Assembly: GCA_965235115.1 (NCBI GenBank)
Contig: OZ249446.1
Span: forward strand, 21,018,001 to 21,082,000
Length of the DNA: 64,000 bases
Direction of reading: 5' to 3'
Source of the DNA: Laetmonice hystrix
Taxonomy: Eukaryota
Shown: piece by piece, positions 28,198 to 40,270 of the stretch
How positions within the stretch are numbered: position 1 is the stretch's first letter
Layout of the letters: the number at the start of each line of letters is the position of its first letter
Notes under the pieces: model-generated
What the model saw: the letters and a program-made list of their open reading frames with translations, nothing else
Told to the model about the DNA's origin: nothing
The model's database searches: none
Made by a program: the position numbers and the translations under genes

Positions 28198-30015
28198 AGC
28201 TGAAGCTAAAACTAAATACATCATGTTGTTTACTTGTAATTCCAATTTTCTTTAATTGGTCACTGCCTTCGTAAATATTATTCAGCTGCTGTAAAAAATA
28301 TATTACGCTAATCGCATTTTCACCTGTAATATAAAAAGGGACACCACATTGAATCCAGCTGTTACAGTGTCCTTTTAATACTCGTCTAATGTAGCATGGC
28401 CGTACACCAATATATTTCATCAAGTGTTTTTGTGTTTTGCAAGTGGCATGTCTACATTCTGCAAAAATTTTCAACCCGCCTAATAGTGTCAAATATCAGG
28501 AGCTATAATTTGTTTCAGAATGCTAGATGTCATGCAGCAGTAAAGTAATTATATCGATTAAATCGTAAAATGATGGGGTTCTGTTACAGAACTCCATTGT
28601 CTCAGGCCATTTCAAGTTTGAAAAGGGTGTTTACGATTGAAAAATCCTGAAAATGGTGCCGTAATTTCAACAATGTATTGTGTGAAATAATGAACAAATT
28701 AACCTAGAACCATGAACGTAAGCTGAGGCTGAGGCTGGTTCTGTTGGAGAGAGCAGATAGAAGTCCCATACACTATTTTTATTTGGATTGACTGTATTGA
28801 AAATGCCACCTTTGTGCCCACATGACCTGCCTAACTTCGTACCGACCGACTTTATTGTGCCATTACTGTCAGCCGACGACTGTCTCTACGGCTCTGACTG
28901 TAAGCTTTCCCATTTTCCATCGAAGCCTGGCTAGACTTGATGTGAAATTGCTGAAAGATCAGTGCGCTGCCAATGTCCGACATGAGTCAGTTCACCCGAT
29001 TGGCTGTAGCGTGACGTGGCTGTGTTTCCGGGGACGGATGTATACCAGCCGTAGATTGGCTGATTAGCAAGGGCGAGCGATGTTGGCGCCTGCGGACCGA
29101 TGTTTTTAGGTTGTTGCTATTTTGTTGTCACTGTCGCCTTTATCTGCCGCCCAAGAGGGTGTCAACGAATGCTTAGTTCAAAGCCTTTTGGGGGCGACCG
29201 TGTTTTACCAAGGCATGTACAGCAGCCCCAAATGCCTGCATGAATCACGGTTGTCCAAGCAATCGCAGACAACAGTACTTAGTGCTCGAAATGTGCGCAA
29301 TTCCTCATCGATCGGTCGAGGCAATATGGTGTGAAATACAAATGTCTAGAAGAAGCAAAATATCCAGTTACCCATGTACGATTCTTAAAAGGCAGGTTAA
29401 AATTTAAAATTATTGTAAATATTACAGTAAAAGTTGTACAGTGTAGGGGTAGATTGTCAGATTGCAACGTTGGTCCCATAGGTTGGATCTAACCTCTAGG
29501 CTCAAATCGCATGTTTTCTACGAATTTGTTTACACCATCACCAGTCTTGATGGGGTAACCTGGATTCTATATCCTGTGTGTATCTTTGGTGTCTACGGCC
29601 ATCCTTTGATACGGATCCGGCTTACCGGTACGTCCCCAAGTCTTATCAGAAGTCATCAATGGTCCGACCTGGAAACAAGCCCAGGGCCAGGCTAAATTAT
29701 AGCCTTCACGATCTGGCAGCTAAGTCAGGCTAGACAAGGACTCGACCGATGTGCATGTGCGCATGTCTGCCCCGAACCACTGGCATCTCTGCGCAGTTCT
29801 TTTTGGTGTCTATCTGAATCACTAAGCATTTTCGTTCCGTATGTTTCTTTCGATTTTAGCTGAAGCCATAACTGTCCAGAAGAAGGTAACACTTTCTGAA
29901 GTTGAAAATAAAAAACTTTCGAATAGATCTATATTGCATGTGTTTGGACTCTCCCTCAAATAATACACAAAGTAGTTGTTTGTCGAATAGACACTCCCAG
30001 TAGATTTGATGTTCA

Positions 30016-30029
30016 TGGCTAGATGGCGC
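30016..30029 (+). promoter_or_regulatory. CTCF-like motif
   Basis: TGGCTAGATGGCGC followed by TGCTG; the core matches but the leading CC does not. Confidence 0.3.
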
Positions 30030-30443
30030 TGCTGCGTTGATTGAGTATTGTAGTGTCTGCTACTTTTACTCGATTTATCGTATTCCTGTGATCTGTCTGT
30101 GTTTCTTTCCTGAGCTGTCTACTCCGGCGGGATCTGAGCGTTGGGTCAGACGACTGGAAGTATATGATGGTCCGCATGGCCACATGGTTTTATGGTCGTT
30201 GACAAATATCACTGGGTTGTGATAGATTTTGATGAGACATTTGCTGCCGTTTTCTGGCGCCCCATGTCCTCAATTCTATTCAGAGGTCAGCCGGGCTCCG
30301 TCTATTGAAACCTCATCATGTATTCACTGCACATTTCCTCTAACTAACAGGGCTCTGGTGGCGAGAGAAGTGGCGTCGGGGTACATTGAGAAACCGCCAC
30401 GCACAACCCCCAGTGAAAATACCAAAAGCAAGGAGATCATCGC

Positions 30444-30707
30444 CAGTGTCCTATCCAGGGGGTTTTCAAGTATCCCGGACACCCCCCTTAAAAAATTACT
30501 ATATTAAGGACATTTTGGTAAAAAAAAAAGGGTGTGTAAAATGGATTATTTTAACCAAAGGAAACCTTCGTTTTTCCCCACAACATGCCCCGAGATTGCA
30601 TTATTTGATGTCTTTTTTTAATTTCCCAGAGAACCAAGGTCTAATGGCCATCTCTGAAGTACCTAAACTTCGGAAACCCCCCTTAAAACATTATGGATAC
30701 GCCACTG
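30444..30707. mobile_element. MITE with 5-bp TSD (ATCGC) and CAGTG..CACTG termini
   Basis: ATCGC|CAGTGTCCTATCCA ... TGGATACGCCACTG|ATCGC; 264 bp; subterminal direct repeats ACCCCCCTTAAAA. Confidence 0.8.
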
Positions 30708-31394
30708 ATCGCGTAGAATGTTGGTCCGTCAATATGATGATAATAACATTCGTGTTTTTCGTCACATAGCTCTGACTCTGAATACAAGATCTTTGTTCCT
30801 GTTTGTGATGTGACGATTTCTTTGTCGAGAAAAAACATCTTGGCCGATGGTACTACTAATCACGCCCAACGACAGCACCGAGCCTTCAGGGCCTCGTCGG
30901 ACAATGTCTATTCGTTCCGGTTGTGTGCTCGGAATGCTAAGGTCTTAAAGGGGTTTTGAGTAAACAATCGATAGCGTCCTTTACTTTATGGAGCCACTCT
31001 GAAAGTATAAACAATAAGAAAGACGACTCTTTTCTTTTCCGTCAAGTAAACCGGACAGGGGTGTTAAAGAATATAGCCTATTGATTAAATATCATATCCT
31101 CGAACCGGCAAAAAGGAATCTGAAAATAAGTTTAAATTTTTTGTTTTGCGTTTTCCAATGAAACACCTTTTTCAGAGGTTCAGTTGCTATTAAATCATGG
31201 TATGATAGAATTTCCTTTGGGTTTCTTTGAAACACCATTTGGATGAATTCCCTCGGCTACAGCAGTATGTAGCTGATTGATTGTCGAATAATGGTGGGAG
31301 TAGAGTTATGTGTGATATGTTTCACGGTAAAGGGCAGACCCCTACATCCTTCCAGACTCCCATGAAGACAGCCGTTTTCCTCCCAGCTTTCTAC

Positions 31395-31770
31395 GAACTC
31401 TGATGTTATTAGTGTTGTCTCCGGTGACTGTTTTACAGTGTAGGGCCATATTGTAGTGTAGGAACTCTGATGTTATTAGCGTTGTCTCTGATGGCTGTTT
31501 TACAGTGTAGGGCCATATTGTAGTGTAGGAACTCTGATGTTATTAGCGTCGTCTCTGATGGCTGTTTTACAGTGTAGGGCCATATTGTAGTGTAGGAACT
31601 CTGATGTTATTAGCGTCGTCTCTGATGGCTGTTTTACAGTGTAGGGCCATATTGTAGTGTAGGAACTCTGATGTTATTAGCGTCGTCTCTGATGGCTGTT
31701 TTACAGTGTAGGGCAATATTGTAGTGTAGGAACTGTGACGTTATTAGCGTCGTCTCTGATGACTGTTTTA
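31395..31770. repeat. 67-bp satellite, left part (5.6 units)
   Basis: Unit GAACTCTGATGTTATTAGCGTCGTCTCTGATGGCTGTTTTACAGTGTAGGGCCATATTGTAGTGTAG at 31395, 31462, 31529 and onward; breaks off at ..GTTTTA. Confidence 0.95.
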
Positions 31771-34414
31771 AGGGCGGATTCCACATAAAAGATCAGCCGT
31801 CCGATTGTGTCAGCCGAATTTCCATCGGTCGGCTAAAGATCGGATGGGCCGCAAGCCGACCAAATTTCAGCCGAACGTCGATTCCACATAATCCTTGCTG
31901 GCCGTCCGATTTCTCAGCCGAATGTCACTTGGTTTGAATGGTGCTTATTGGTCATTTTTCAAATTCAATATTTATTTAAAGAAAGGAAATGTAGGACTGC
32001 CATATTTTTCTTCTGCCACTGAAAGTTGGCCAAATTTCAATTTTTGCACGCGCGCTCGATCACATGTGAATATAAACGTCTGGAAGACTAGAATTCATGA
32101 GAGGGTTAAGGCGGGCTCACACAAAGCAGACCGGCAGATTTGGTGATCGGGTGACAAAATCGGCCGATCGGGTGAGATTGGGATCGGTCGGCTGGAACAA
32201 CAATCTGTTGAGATTCATGGCCCACACTGCCCCGATTGCCATAGGATCACCAGATTGTCGGCCCACACATGGCCAATTTTGGCGGAGCGGGCCTTTTTAC
32301 CTGTTTTTACTCATTAGCAGATGAAGAAAGACGGCAACGCAGGAGGAGACGTTTTGGGGGGAGACCCGGTTACAGAGACGGACGGAAAAGAGTTCAAATA
32401 CGATGGTGAAACTGTACCGGGAAATCATGAATATAAATATAGAAACATTTTTGCCGGTAGTTAGATCCTACCCGAACTTTCTAAATGTATCGGCTAGCCT
32501 TAGCATATTTATGGTCCCTATTTCTACTGACACATGTAGATCCAAACACTCCAATCAAGTTTTCTGTCGTAGTGTAGGTGCTAGAATTATTACATGCTGC
32601 TGGTATAGGCCTAATATAGCCTTAATAATAAATTGCACTATCTATTGAACTACTTCGGTACAGAAATTTTGAAAAGTCAGTAAAATTTGGCTGAATATGA
32701 GAAGTTTTGTCATTTAAAAAAGCGCACGATGTAAAGTGTAATTAATGAATTTATTGAAAGTGCCACTATGATTAACCAAGTGACTCCTAGTGACTGGAAC
32801 AATTATGATGAGGTTTACAGTATTCAAACATTTCACAATATTTAGAGTAATAAAGGGCCATTCCATGTCAAATCACCCAATGGGAAAAATGACCCCACCC
32901 CCTTCGAAACTTGCTATATATGCTTAGTGTGGCTGATGTGGGGCAGTGACTTGAGTGATGTGGGGCAGTGACGTGAGTGATGTGGGACAGTGACTTGAGT
33001 GATGTGGGGCAGTGACGTGAGTGATATGGGGCAGTGACGTGAGTGATGTGGGGAGTGACGTGAGTGATGTGGGGCAGTGACGTGAGTGATGTGGGGCAGA
33101 GACTTGAGTGATGTGGGGCAGTGACATGAGAGATGTGGGGCAGTGACTTGAGTGATGTGGGGCAGTGACGTGAGTGATGTGGGGCAGTGACTTGAGTGAT
33201 GTGGGGCAGTGACTTGAGTGATGTGGGGCAGTGACATGAGTGATGTGGGGCAGTGACTTGAGTGATGTGCGGCAGTGACGTGAGTGATGTGGGGCAGTGA
33301 CTTTAGTGATGTGGGGCAGTGACTTGAGTGATGTGGGGCAGTGACGTGAGTGATGTGAAGTAGCTAGTGACTTGAGTGATATGGGGCAGTGACATGAGTG
33401 ATGTGGGACAGTGACTTGAGTGATGTGGGGCAGTGACGTGAGTGATGTGGGGCAGTGACTTTAGTGATGTGGGGCAGTGACTTGAGTGATGTGGGGCAGT
33501 GACGTGAGTGATGTGAAGTAGCTAGTGACGTGAGTGATGTGGGGCAGTGACGTGAGTGATGTGGGGGAGTGACGTGAGTGATGTGGGGGAGTGACGTGAG
33601 TGATGTGGGGAGTGACGTGAGTGATGTGGGGAGTGACGTGAGTGATGTGGGGAGTGACGTGAGTGATGTGGGGAGTGACGTGAGTGATGTGGGGAGTGAC
33701 GTGAGTGATGTGGGGAGTGACGTGAGTGATGTGGGGGAGTGACGTGAGTGATGTGGGGTATAGTGACGTGAGTGATGTGGGGAAGTGACGTGAGTGATGT
33801 GCTACCACTGCTACCACTTTCAGAATACATTAATCTGATGGCAATCTGCTCGTCAAAATCGAGCAATTGCGCATTCGCGCATATTTTTGGTATAATCGGC
33901 TGATGGCCTATACTGGACAGATTTTTACTCCCGATTGCATAGAAGACCCCCGTGGCCCCCGCCTGGCCACGTGTAGAAAAAATGATAGAGGTCTAATGTT
34001 CAATTCCGCATCAGATACTATAGAGTCTCTGGACATTCTCAGCAGATCCATGAATCGTCGCCGTAAATATCAAAACATTTTAATATTGTCGGCGAAAGCA
34101 AAAATGGCATCCGATCACCAGACCGATTCCCCTCAGACAGCCGATCATCGATTCCACATAAACGATTTCTCAGCCGAATTCGGCTGGGCCAAAACTTTGT
34201 TCGCCGATCGCAAATCGCCTGGAAAATCGGCTCTGTGGAATCAGTTTATCATGATCGGCGAGAGGAAAATGGCACGCCGATCGCCAACCGAATTCGGCTG
34301 AGACAGCCGATCATCGACTCCACATAAACGATTTCTCAGCCGAATTCGGCGGGGCCAAAATTTTGTTCGCCGATCGCAAATCGCCTGGAAAATCGGCTAT
34401 GTGGATTCCAGCCT
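31771..34414. mobile_element. 2.6-kb non-autonomous DNA transposon, TTA TSD (PIF/Harbinger-type)
   Basis: TTA|AGGGCGGATTCCACATA ... TATGTGGATTCCAGCCT|TTA; the satellite resumes in register after the TSD; many subterminal CAGCCGA/TCGGCTG and TTCCACATA motifs; no transposase ORF seen. Confidence 0.88.
32926..33801. repeat. 21/22-bp minisatellite inside the TTA-flanked element, ~40 copies
   Basis: Unit GTGACGTGAGTGATGTGGGG(C)A; the source of the SLPHIT/HHSRH ORFs. Confidence 0.97.
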
Positions 34415-34617
34415 TTACAGTGTAGGGCCATATTGTAGTGTAGGAACTCTGATGTTATTAGCGTCGTCTCTGATGGCTGTTTTACAGTGTAGGGCTATAT
34501 TGTAGTGTAGGAACTGTGACGTTATTAGCGTCGTCTCTGATGACTGTTTTACAGTGTAGGACCATATTGTAGTGTAGGAACTCTGATGTTATTAGCGTCG
34601 TCTCTGATGACTGTTTC
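34415..34617. repeat. 67-bp satellite, right part (~3 units)
   Basis: TTACAGTGTAGGGCCATATTGTAGTGTAG continues the unit interrupted at 31770. Confidence 0.95.
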
Positions 34618-36149
34618 GTTCTCCTGCTGTTCCCATCTCCAGCGCAATAAACCCAATCAAACTTAGAAGCAAGATAATCATGGGTGCGGAGTTTCATTTT
34701 TGTTGTTGGAGCTTCCCATTCGGGATCCTTTCTGGTTTGATTTAAGTGCACTGTTTAAGAAAACGCACCAGAGCATTTCGTTGATTTAAGGAAATCAGGA
34801 CGTTTTTCCTACCCACTGTTAACTTGTGTAGAACGTCGTTTGTGTGTTGAATTACAGACTCCAGTTTTTGCGGTATTTAGGCAGACTCTGACAACGTTGA
34901 TTTCCCTTTACAGGTCACTGTTTGCATAATTTTAGTTATCCATTGTTATGCTAACCATGCATCGGTTTGACTGTACATTGCTACAATCTATTTTTACACC
35001 ATTAATTGATTTCCGTTGGTATTAGCCAAATCTCCCTTTCGGGCCAACTACATCGCCCGGTGGTAATCAGTGACATGGCATGGAAAAAGGTCAGATTATC
35101 CCCTCAAAGATGTTTCATGTTAATCCTAAACCCTAAACCCGTAGGTTACACGCCGGCGAGTCATAAATATAGCGATTAATACAAGAAGCGCCCCCTGCCG
35201 CTCGACACATACCGACCAATTGATGGAAGCCCCACCTGCGCAGCGCCCTCTTAAAGCCTCGATCTGACGCATTCATCGAACCGGAAGTACGGCAAGTTTA
35301 CCAATGACCGCAGTAATCCGATTATCCAAACCTCTTGTGGTCATCTAATGGTTCTTGAATGAAAAGCCCAAACCCCTTTGCTGATCCAAAGTGGGTTTAG
35401 GCTGAACGGATGCTCTGACGCAGCTGCGTACTATACGAACCCCATTCCTGTACAGGTACAAGTTGCAGCGCCAAGATAGTGATGAATTAATAAGGGAGAA
35501 AGAATTGAGTATCCTTCTTCCTTTGAGGTCAATTTGGTCATTGGAGAAAAATGGATACATACTTAGTCATGGCCCAGTTAGGTCTCTATCGCAAATTAAT
35601 TAAACCGTCAGGGCTGGCCATGAGGTAGGGGTGGGGATGGAGGTGGGGGAGATCGTGCATTAAAGATGCAACGTTGGTGCTTCCATATATTCGATGGACA
35701 TGCTCTTGGGTTCCGATGCCCTTGACGGAGGGGGTCGGATTTCCTGCTGGGAAATTAGATAAAATCTTCATTATAGATGCCTTTACCGTATGGCTTGACG
35801 GAATATCGGTACATCAGAGAGAATTGGATGTAAGCTTCTCAGGGCAATTCTGTCGTTAATTAGTACGACGTCCAGTCCTCAACGTCTAGTCATAGATGGC
35901 CCCCCAGGACCTCTCTCCCTGAGGCTAATTCTTGTTTCATTCAAAGCGCTCAGGCCCCAATAATCATCCCCAGCCTAGAGGCTGGGAATTACAGAATGGT
36001 GGACCGTGGCGTATCAAGTTGTAGGAGACAGATTAGGCATGTGAACTTGTCTGTCTCCGAGTTTGGCATGGGCTGCAGCGTAAGGAAAACCACTAGCACA
36101 CGGGGTCTTGTTTTCTCAAAGTGTATCTCCCTATCCTTCTCTAGACTCC

Positions 36150-36560
36150 CACGAGAAAGCCACCAGCTAGGCCAAATGTAAGCCACTGCTGGGCGAAAAG
36201 AAAACCACCAACTAGGCCAAAATTAATGTCTACTGCTGGGCCACAAGAAAACCATCAGCTAGACCAAATGTAAGCCACTGCTGGGCCAAAAGAAAACCAA
36301 CAGCTTGACCAAAATGTGAACCACTGCTGGGCCACGGGAAAACCGCCAGCTAGGCCAAATGTAAGCTACTGGTGGTTCAAAAGAAAGTCACTAGATCTAT
36401 AGACCAAATGTAAGCCACTGCTGGGCCTAGCGAAAACCACTTTTGGCCCAACGGAAATCCACAATAGGTCTAGCGGAAAGCCAGTTTGGCCAAAAGAAAA
36501 TCACAGTTTGGCCAGAGAAAGCCACGGATTGACCAAACGGAAGACCACTGGACCAAAGGT
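36150..36560. repeat. degenerate ~46-bp tandem repeat
   Basis: CCAGCTAGGCCAAATGTAAGCCACTGCTGGGCCAAAAGAAAACCA repeated ~6 times, then decaying. Confidence 0.8.
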
Positions 36561-38489
36561 TGGGGACAAATAGCCTAGCAGTAGGCCTAAAGTATGATAG
36601 CATAATACCTGCTCCATATAGACATAATTATAATAGTAATACGTAATTATAAGTTTGGTCTTCCTCCGTTCTTGCAATGAGATTACAAACTTTAACCTTC
36701 AAAAGCAATGGCAAATTTACCTAATATAATTAGTTGCCAACCAGCTTATAAATATGTGACAAATAGTTCTTCTGGTGAAGCTGTAACTTTCGGGAAATAA
36801 TGCGATATATTAAAGATTCCGTCGAAGAGTATCGGGAAAACCTAGGAAATAATTGCCAAGTGTGCAGTAGTAGGGCCTGCAATGTCAAGGTCCGACCATT
36901 CATTGTCGTTTCGTAAAATATTGATCAGTCTTACGGTGCCAGAGAAAAACAAGGAAGCCGTCAGCCGAGAAGACCGAGTATGCCTAACGAAAGACCTCGT
37001 CCGCAGTGAATCACACTGATTGACTACACGAATCCATGTAATTAAATATTACCGCTGCCCTCTTACTACGAGTTGAGAGGGAATCACGCACAACTTCTGT
37101 TAAAAGCAGTTCCACGCCGGCCATCTTGGCCACAATGGTTATTAATTTAGAAATCAATGATCATATAACAATGCAGTACTGTGCCCTTAGAGTATCTAAC
37201 GGTCATAACAACTGCCAATTGCGTGCTGGTATCTAATAATGGAAAGTTATCGCGTACCACGAACGCATTTTGATGGTATTGTTTCTTGGAATTTCAAGAG
37301 AGCAGGTGGATGGCGTACATGGCCGTAGACATCTGCTTCCTATAAACATCTGTGTACCCAATTTCAGCATATAGTTTCCAGTTATGAACCTTTTTCTAGT
37401 TGCATGTACATTTCCTTGCTGTCTGCTTCAATCGCATGTACTTAAAAATAGAAACATCAGTGTCATAAATGTGCATGGGCGTATAAAGTACACTCCCTTG
37501 ATGGTCATAGGTAAGAATGATTCTCTGCTCCCCTTGGCTGTTCCTAAGAGGCGATGAATGGGATGAGGGCAAGTGGCTGATATTAGATTGCAGAGTCGTC
37601 TATATGGCACAGATGGAGTTGAATAGTAGCCGTGCCATTTCAATCACGTATCATTCCGAGTTGCAGCCAGTCACTGTCCCCCTAAAATATACTCATCAGC
37701 TGGGAATCATTTGGGGAATAATTCTCTTTATTATTGGTGTGTATTGTGTTGGATTTGTATTCCATTAATACCTATTCGATTAGCTTTGTTATCAGTAGAC
37801 CGTTATCGCATATTGACAGGAAGCAATTAATTGCCTACCTGTGATGTAGCGAATACATCTAGAAGCTGTTGAAAACGTCACTGGCAGTCCGGAAGGAACT
37901 CCTCACAACACCGTTCTGAGGCCTTGTCATTGTCATCAATCTATAAAAGACAAGTTATCTATGATAGGCAGAGATTTGCATTAATGATAAAGCTTGCTGT
38001 CAGCCTATGTGCTGGACGATATTGTATCTCCCCAGAAGGCGTAATTATTTGAACGGTTTTATATAACTAAACTTATTATTGGCACACAAAGTAAACTTTC
38101 CTGCAACGGTTGTCTATAACTTGTTTCAGACTTAAACCTACAGCAAAAGTTCCTCACTAACGTACCTTTGAACACCAGTAACACCATATAAAGTGTCTAA
38201 GGTCACACCGATAAGTGGAACACTGCATGTCTACGGCGACTTTTTAAAAATACCGCCCGGGTCATTCACTATTTCGCACGCGAGACAGCAGGAGCTATAT
38301 CTATTAATAGATTGAGATAATGGCCAAATAGGGTAAACAAACGGACGAAGCCAGCGGGAGAATGTCTCTACATTTCGGTTGATTATTCCTTAATTAAAGA
38401 TCAGATAATCACAGAATTGTGGGTAAGAACAAGCTTGTTCATGCTGAACACCCTTATATTGATAGTTTGAACTTTTCTATTCCCTTTAA

Positions 38490-38831
38490 AGGTGCTATTC
38501 GTGAAAAAAAGTTCAATTTTTTTATTTTTTATTTTGTTGACGTTTATGTGATCCCACCTATCATGGAAATAGATTCACAACAAAGGAAATCAAATTTTTT
38601 CATGGATAACGGCACAAATGGGGCTCTCTCATAAGGCCTGTGGAGACCCTGACACGCCCCACCATAGGAAATGGCTCTATCTCGGTGCGCACCGAGATAG
38701 GTTTCAAATGCTGCACACAAACTATAATAGAAGGTTTATCAGGCCAATGGTATCGGTAGGAATTGTTTCTAGTACTATGTGCACAATGTATGATAGGAGA
38801 AATGCCATTCTGAGCGAGACGAATAGCACCT
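38490..38831. mobile_element. TTAA-flanked MITE, Kolobok-type termini
   Basis: TTAA|AGGTGCTATTCG ... CGAATAGCACCT|TTAA, perfect 12-bp TIR; 342 bp; internal perfect 24-bp palindrome at 38677-38700. Confidence 0.82.
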
Positions 38832-39704
38832 TTAATATGTCAGTACAATCCTGCTTCCTTAATCCGTATACCTCACTGTCAAAATACACATTCTGGTAAC
38901 CTCTTCTACAATTCCCTATTTGAAATGATACGGTAATCCACATGTCTCACAATCCGTTCATACTTTAATGGACACCAAGCCGTCAGGGCAAACGAAGTCT
39001 GAGTGTCTACAAAAGCTTACGGAGTAAGTTATATGCCTCCATTAGAAACATGTGGATGTTTTTAAATAGAAGGCTCTTTTTTTGGGATGCGCACTGTTCC
39101 AAAGGAAGTTACGCTTTCACCAAGTCGAAGCAAGGAAATGGAGTCTTCACAACGCCAGAAGAAAAGAACATAATACTTCTACAGCAGCAGGCCCGTATAC
39201 CTAGGATTGACCTGAAGGGGAGGCACCATGTAAGGTCGCGAGAGGGGTTCGTGCTCCCCCGGATTATTTTTTTCATTTTGGAAGGCCAAAATCGCTATGT
39301 GTGTGTGCCAGGGTAGGGGTCTGCTGCTCTTAGTGATGCAGGTTGCGGAGATTTGGTTGTCGCAAGGTATAGCTTCCTGTACGAGTCGTTCATATTTTCT
39401 GGCATGATGCTTTCCTGAAAGAAATGCAGAGCTACAGTATTGAGCGAAATTCGTGCACACGCGCTTACCGGAAGATATTTATTTACAAAGTTGGTGAATC
39501 ACGCATCTGGAGTCCAATTCCACAGGTAAAACATGTACACTCGTTTCATGTTACATTACAATCACAGTGTGGGCAATAAGACAACTGCTATAGGGGGGTT
39601 TTGTGGACATTTGAGAAGGACAACAATATTGCGTAGAGTGTACAGGATGAAAACTACGCGAACATTCGCCTGTACCAAAGACCACAGTCATATCGTGGCT
39701 TTAA

Positions 39705-40235
39705 AGGGGCATGCTATGAAACACGTTTTCTTTTAGATTTCCGGCAATTATCCAACATGATCGTGTACTAGGGATCCAGGTAAATAATCCTACCACAGCA
39801 TTTTGTCCTCCGACGTGTTTTCGCTGCGTATGCAGCACAAGTAGATTCTATACGACCAAACCTATAGATTTCTCCCGATAGCACATCTCCCGCCATAATT
39901 TGCTATAGACAACCTTCCATCAACCCGTGTTTTGCATACTGTGTCACATCCTGCGTGTGCACTCTCTGCATGTGCTTAGTCACGTGCTTCGCCTAGTTGT
40001 AAACAATTCAGCAGTTGCACTTGATCGTCCGGCATCAGAATGCCACCCAAAAACTATTTTACGAAATCGGCAGAAAAGCGGGCAAGGGAGCTTCATAAAC
40101 TTCGATTTCTCCCACAAAATGAAACTGATAAGTCTGTCTCTGTTTACCAAGCAATATTAATGAAGGATCTCTTGATGAAAACAGCAAAAGTTCTTTGAAA
40201 TACCGATTTTTCACGTTTCCTCATAATATGCCCCT
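39705..40235 (+). mobile_element. TTAA-flanked MITE, Kolobok-type; copy of 5054-5583
   Basis: TTAA|AGGGGCATGC ... TATGCCCCT|TTAA; 531 bp; high identity to the reverse complement of 5054-5583. Confidence 0.85.
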
Positions 40236-40239
40236 TTAA

Positions 40240-40270
40240 AGGGGCAATTCGTGAGGACCTTTTTTTGCGG
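40240..40270. mobile_element. terminus of a second TTAA-type element sharing the TTAA of the preceding one (far end not found)
   Basis: CCCCT|TTAA|AGGGGCAATTCGTGAG resembles the AGGTGCTATTCGTGA terminus at 38490. Confidence 0.45.

Noticed and set aside
32914-33866. His/Ser/Thr-rich ORFs (SLPHITHVT, HHSRH)
   Set aside because: Translation of the 21/22-bp minisatellite inside a transposon; no gene structure
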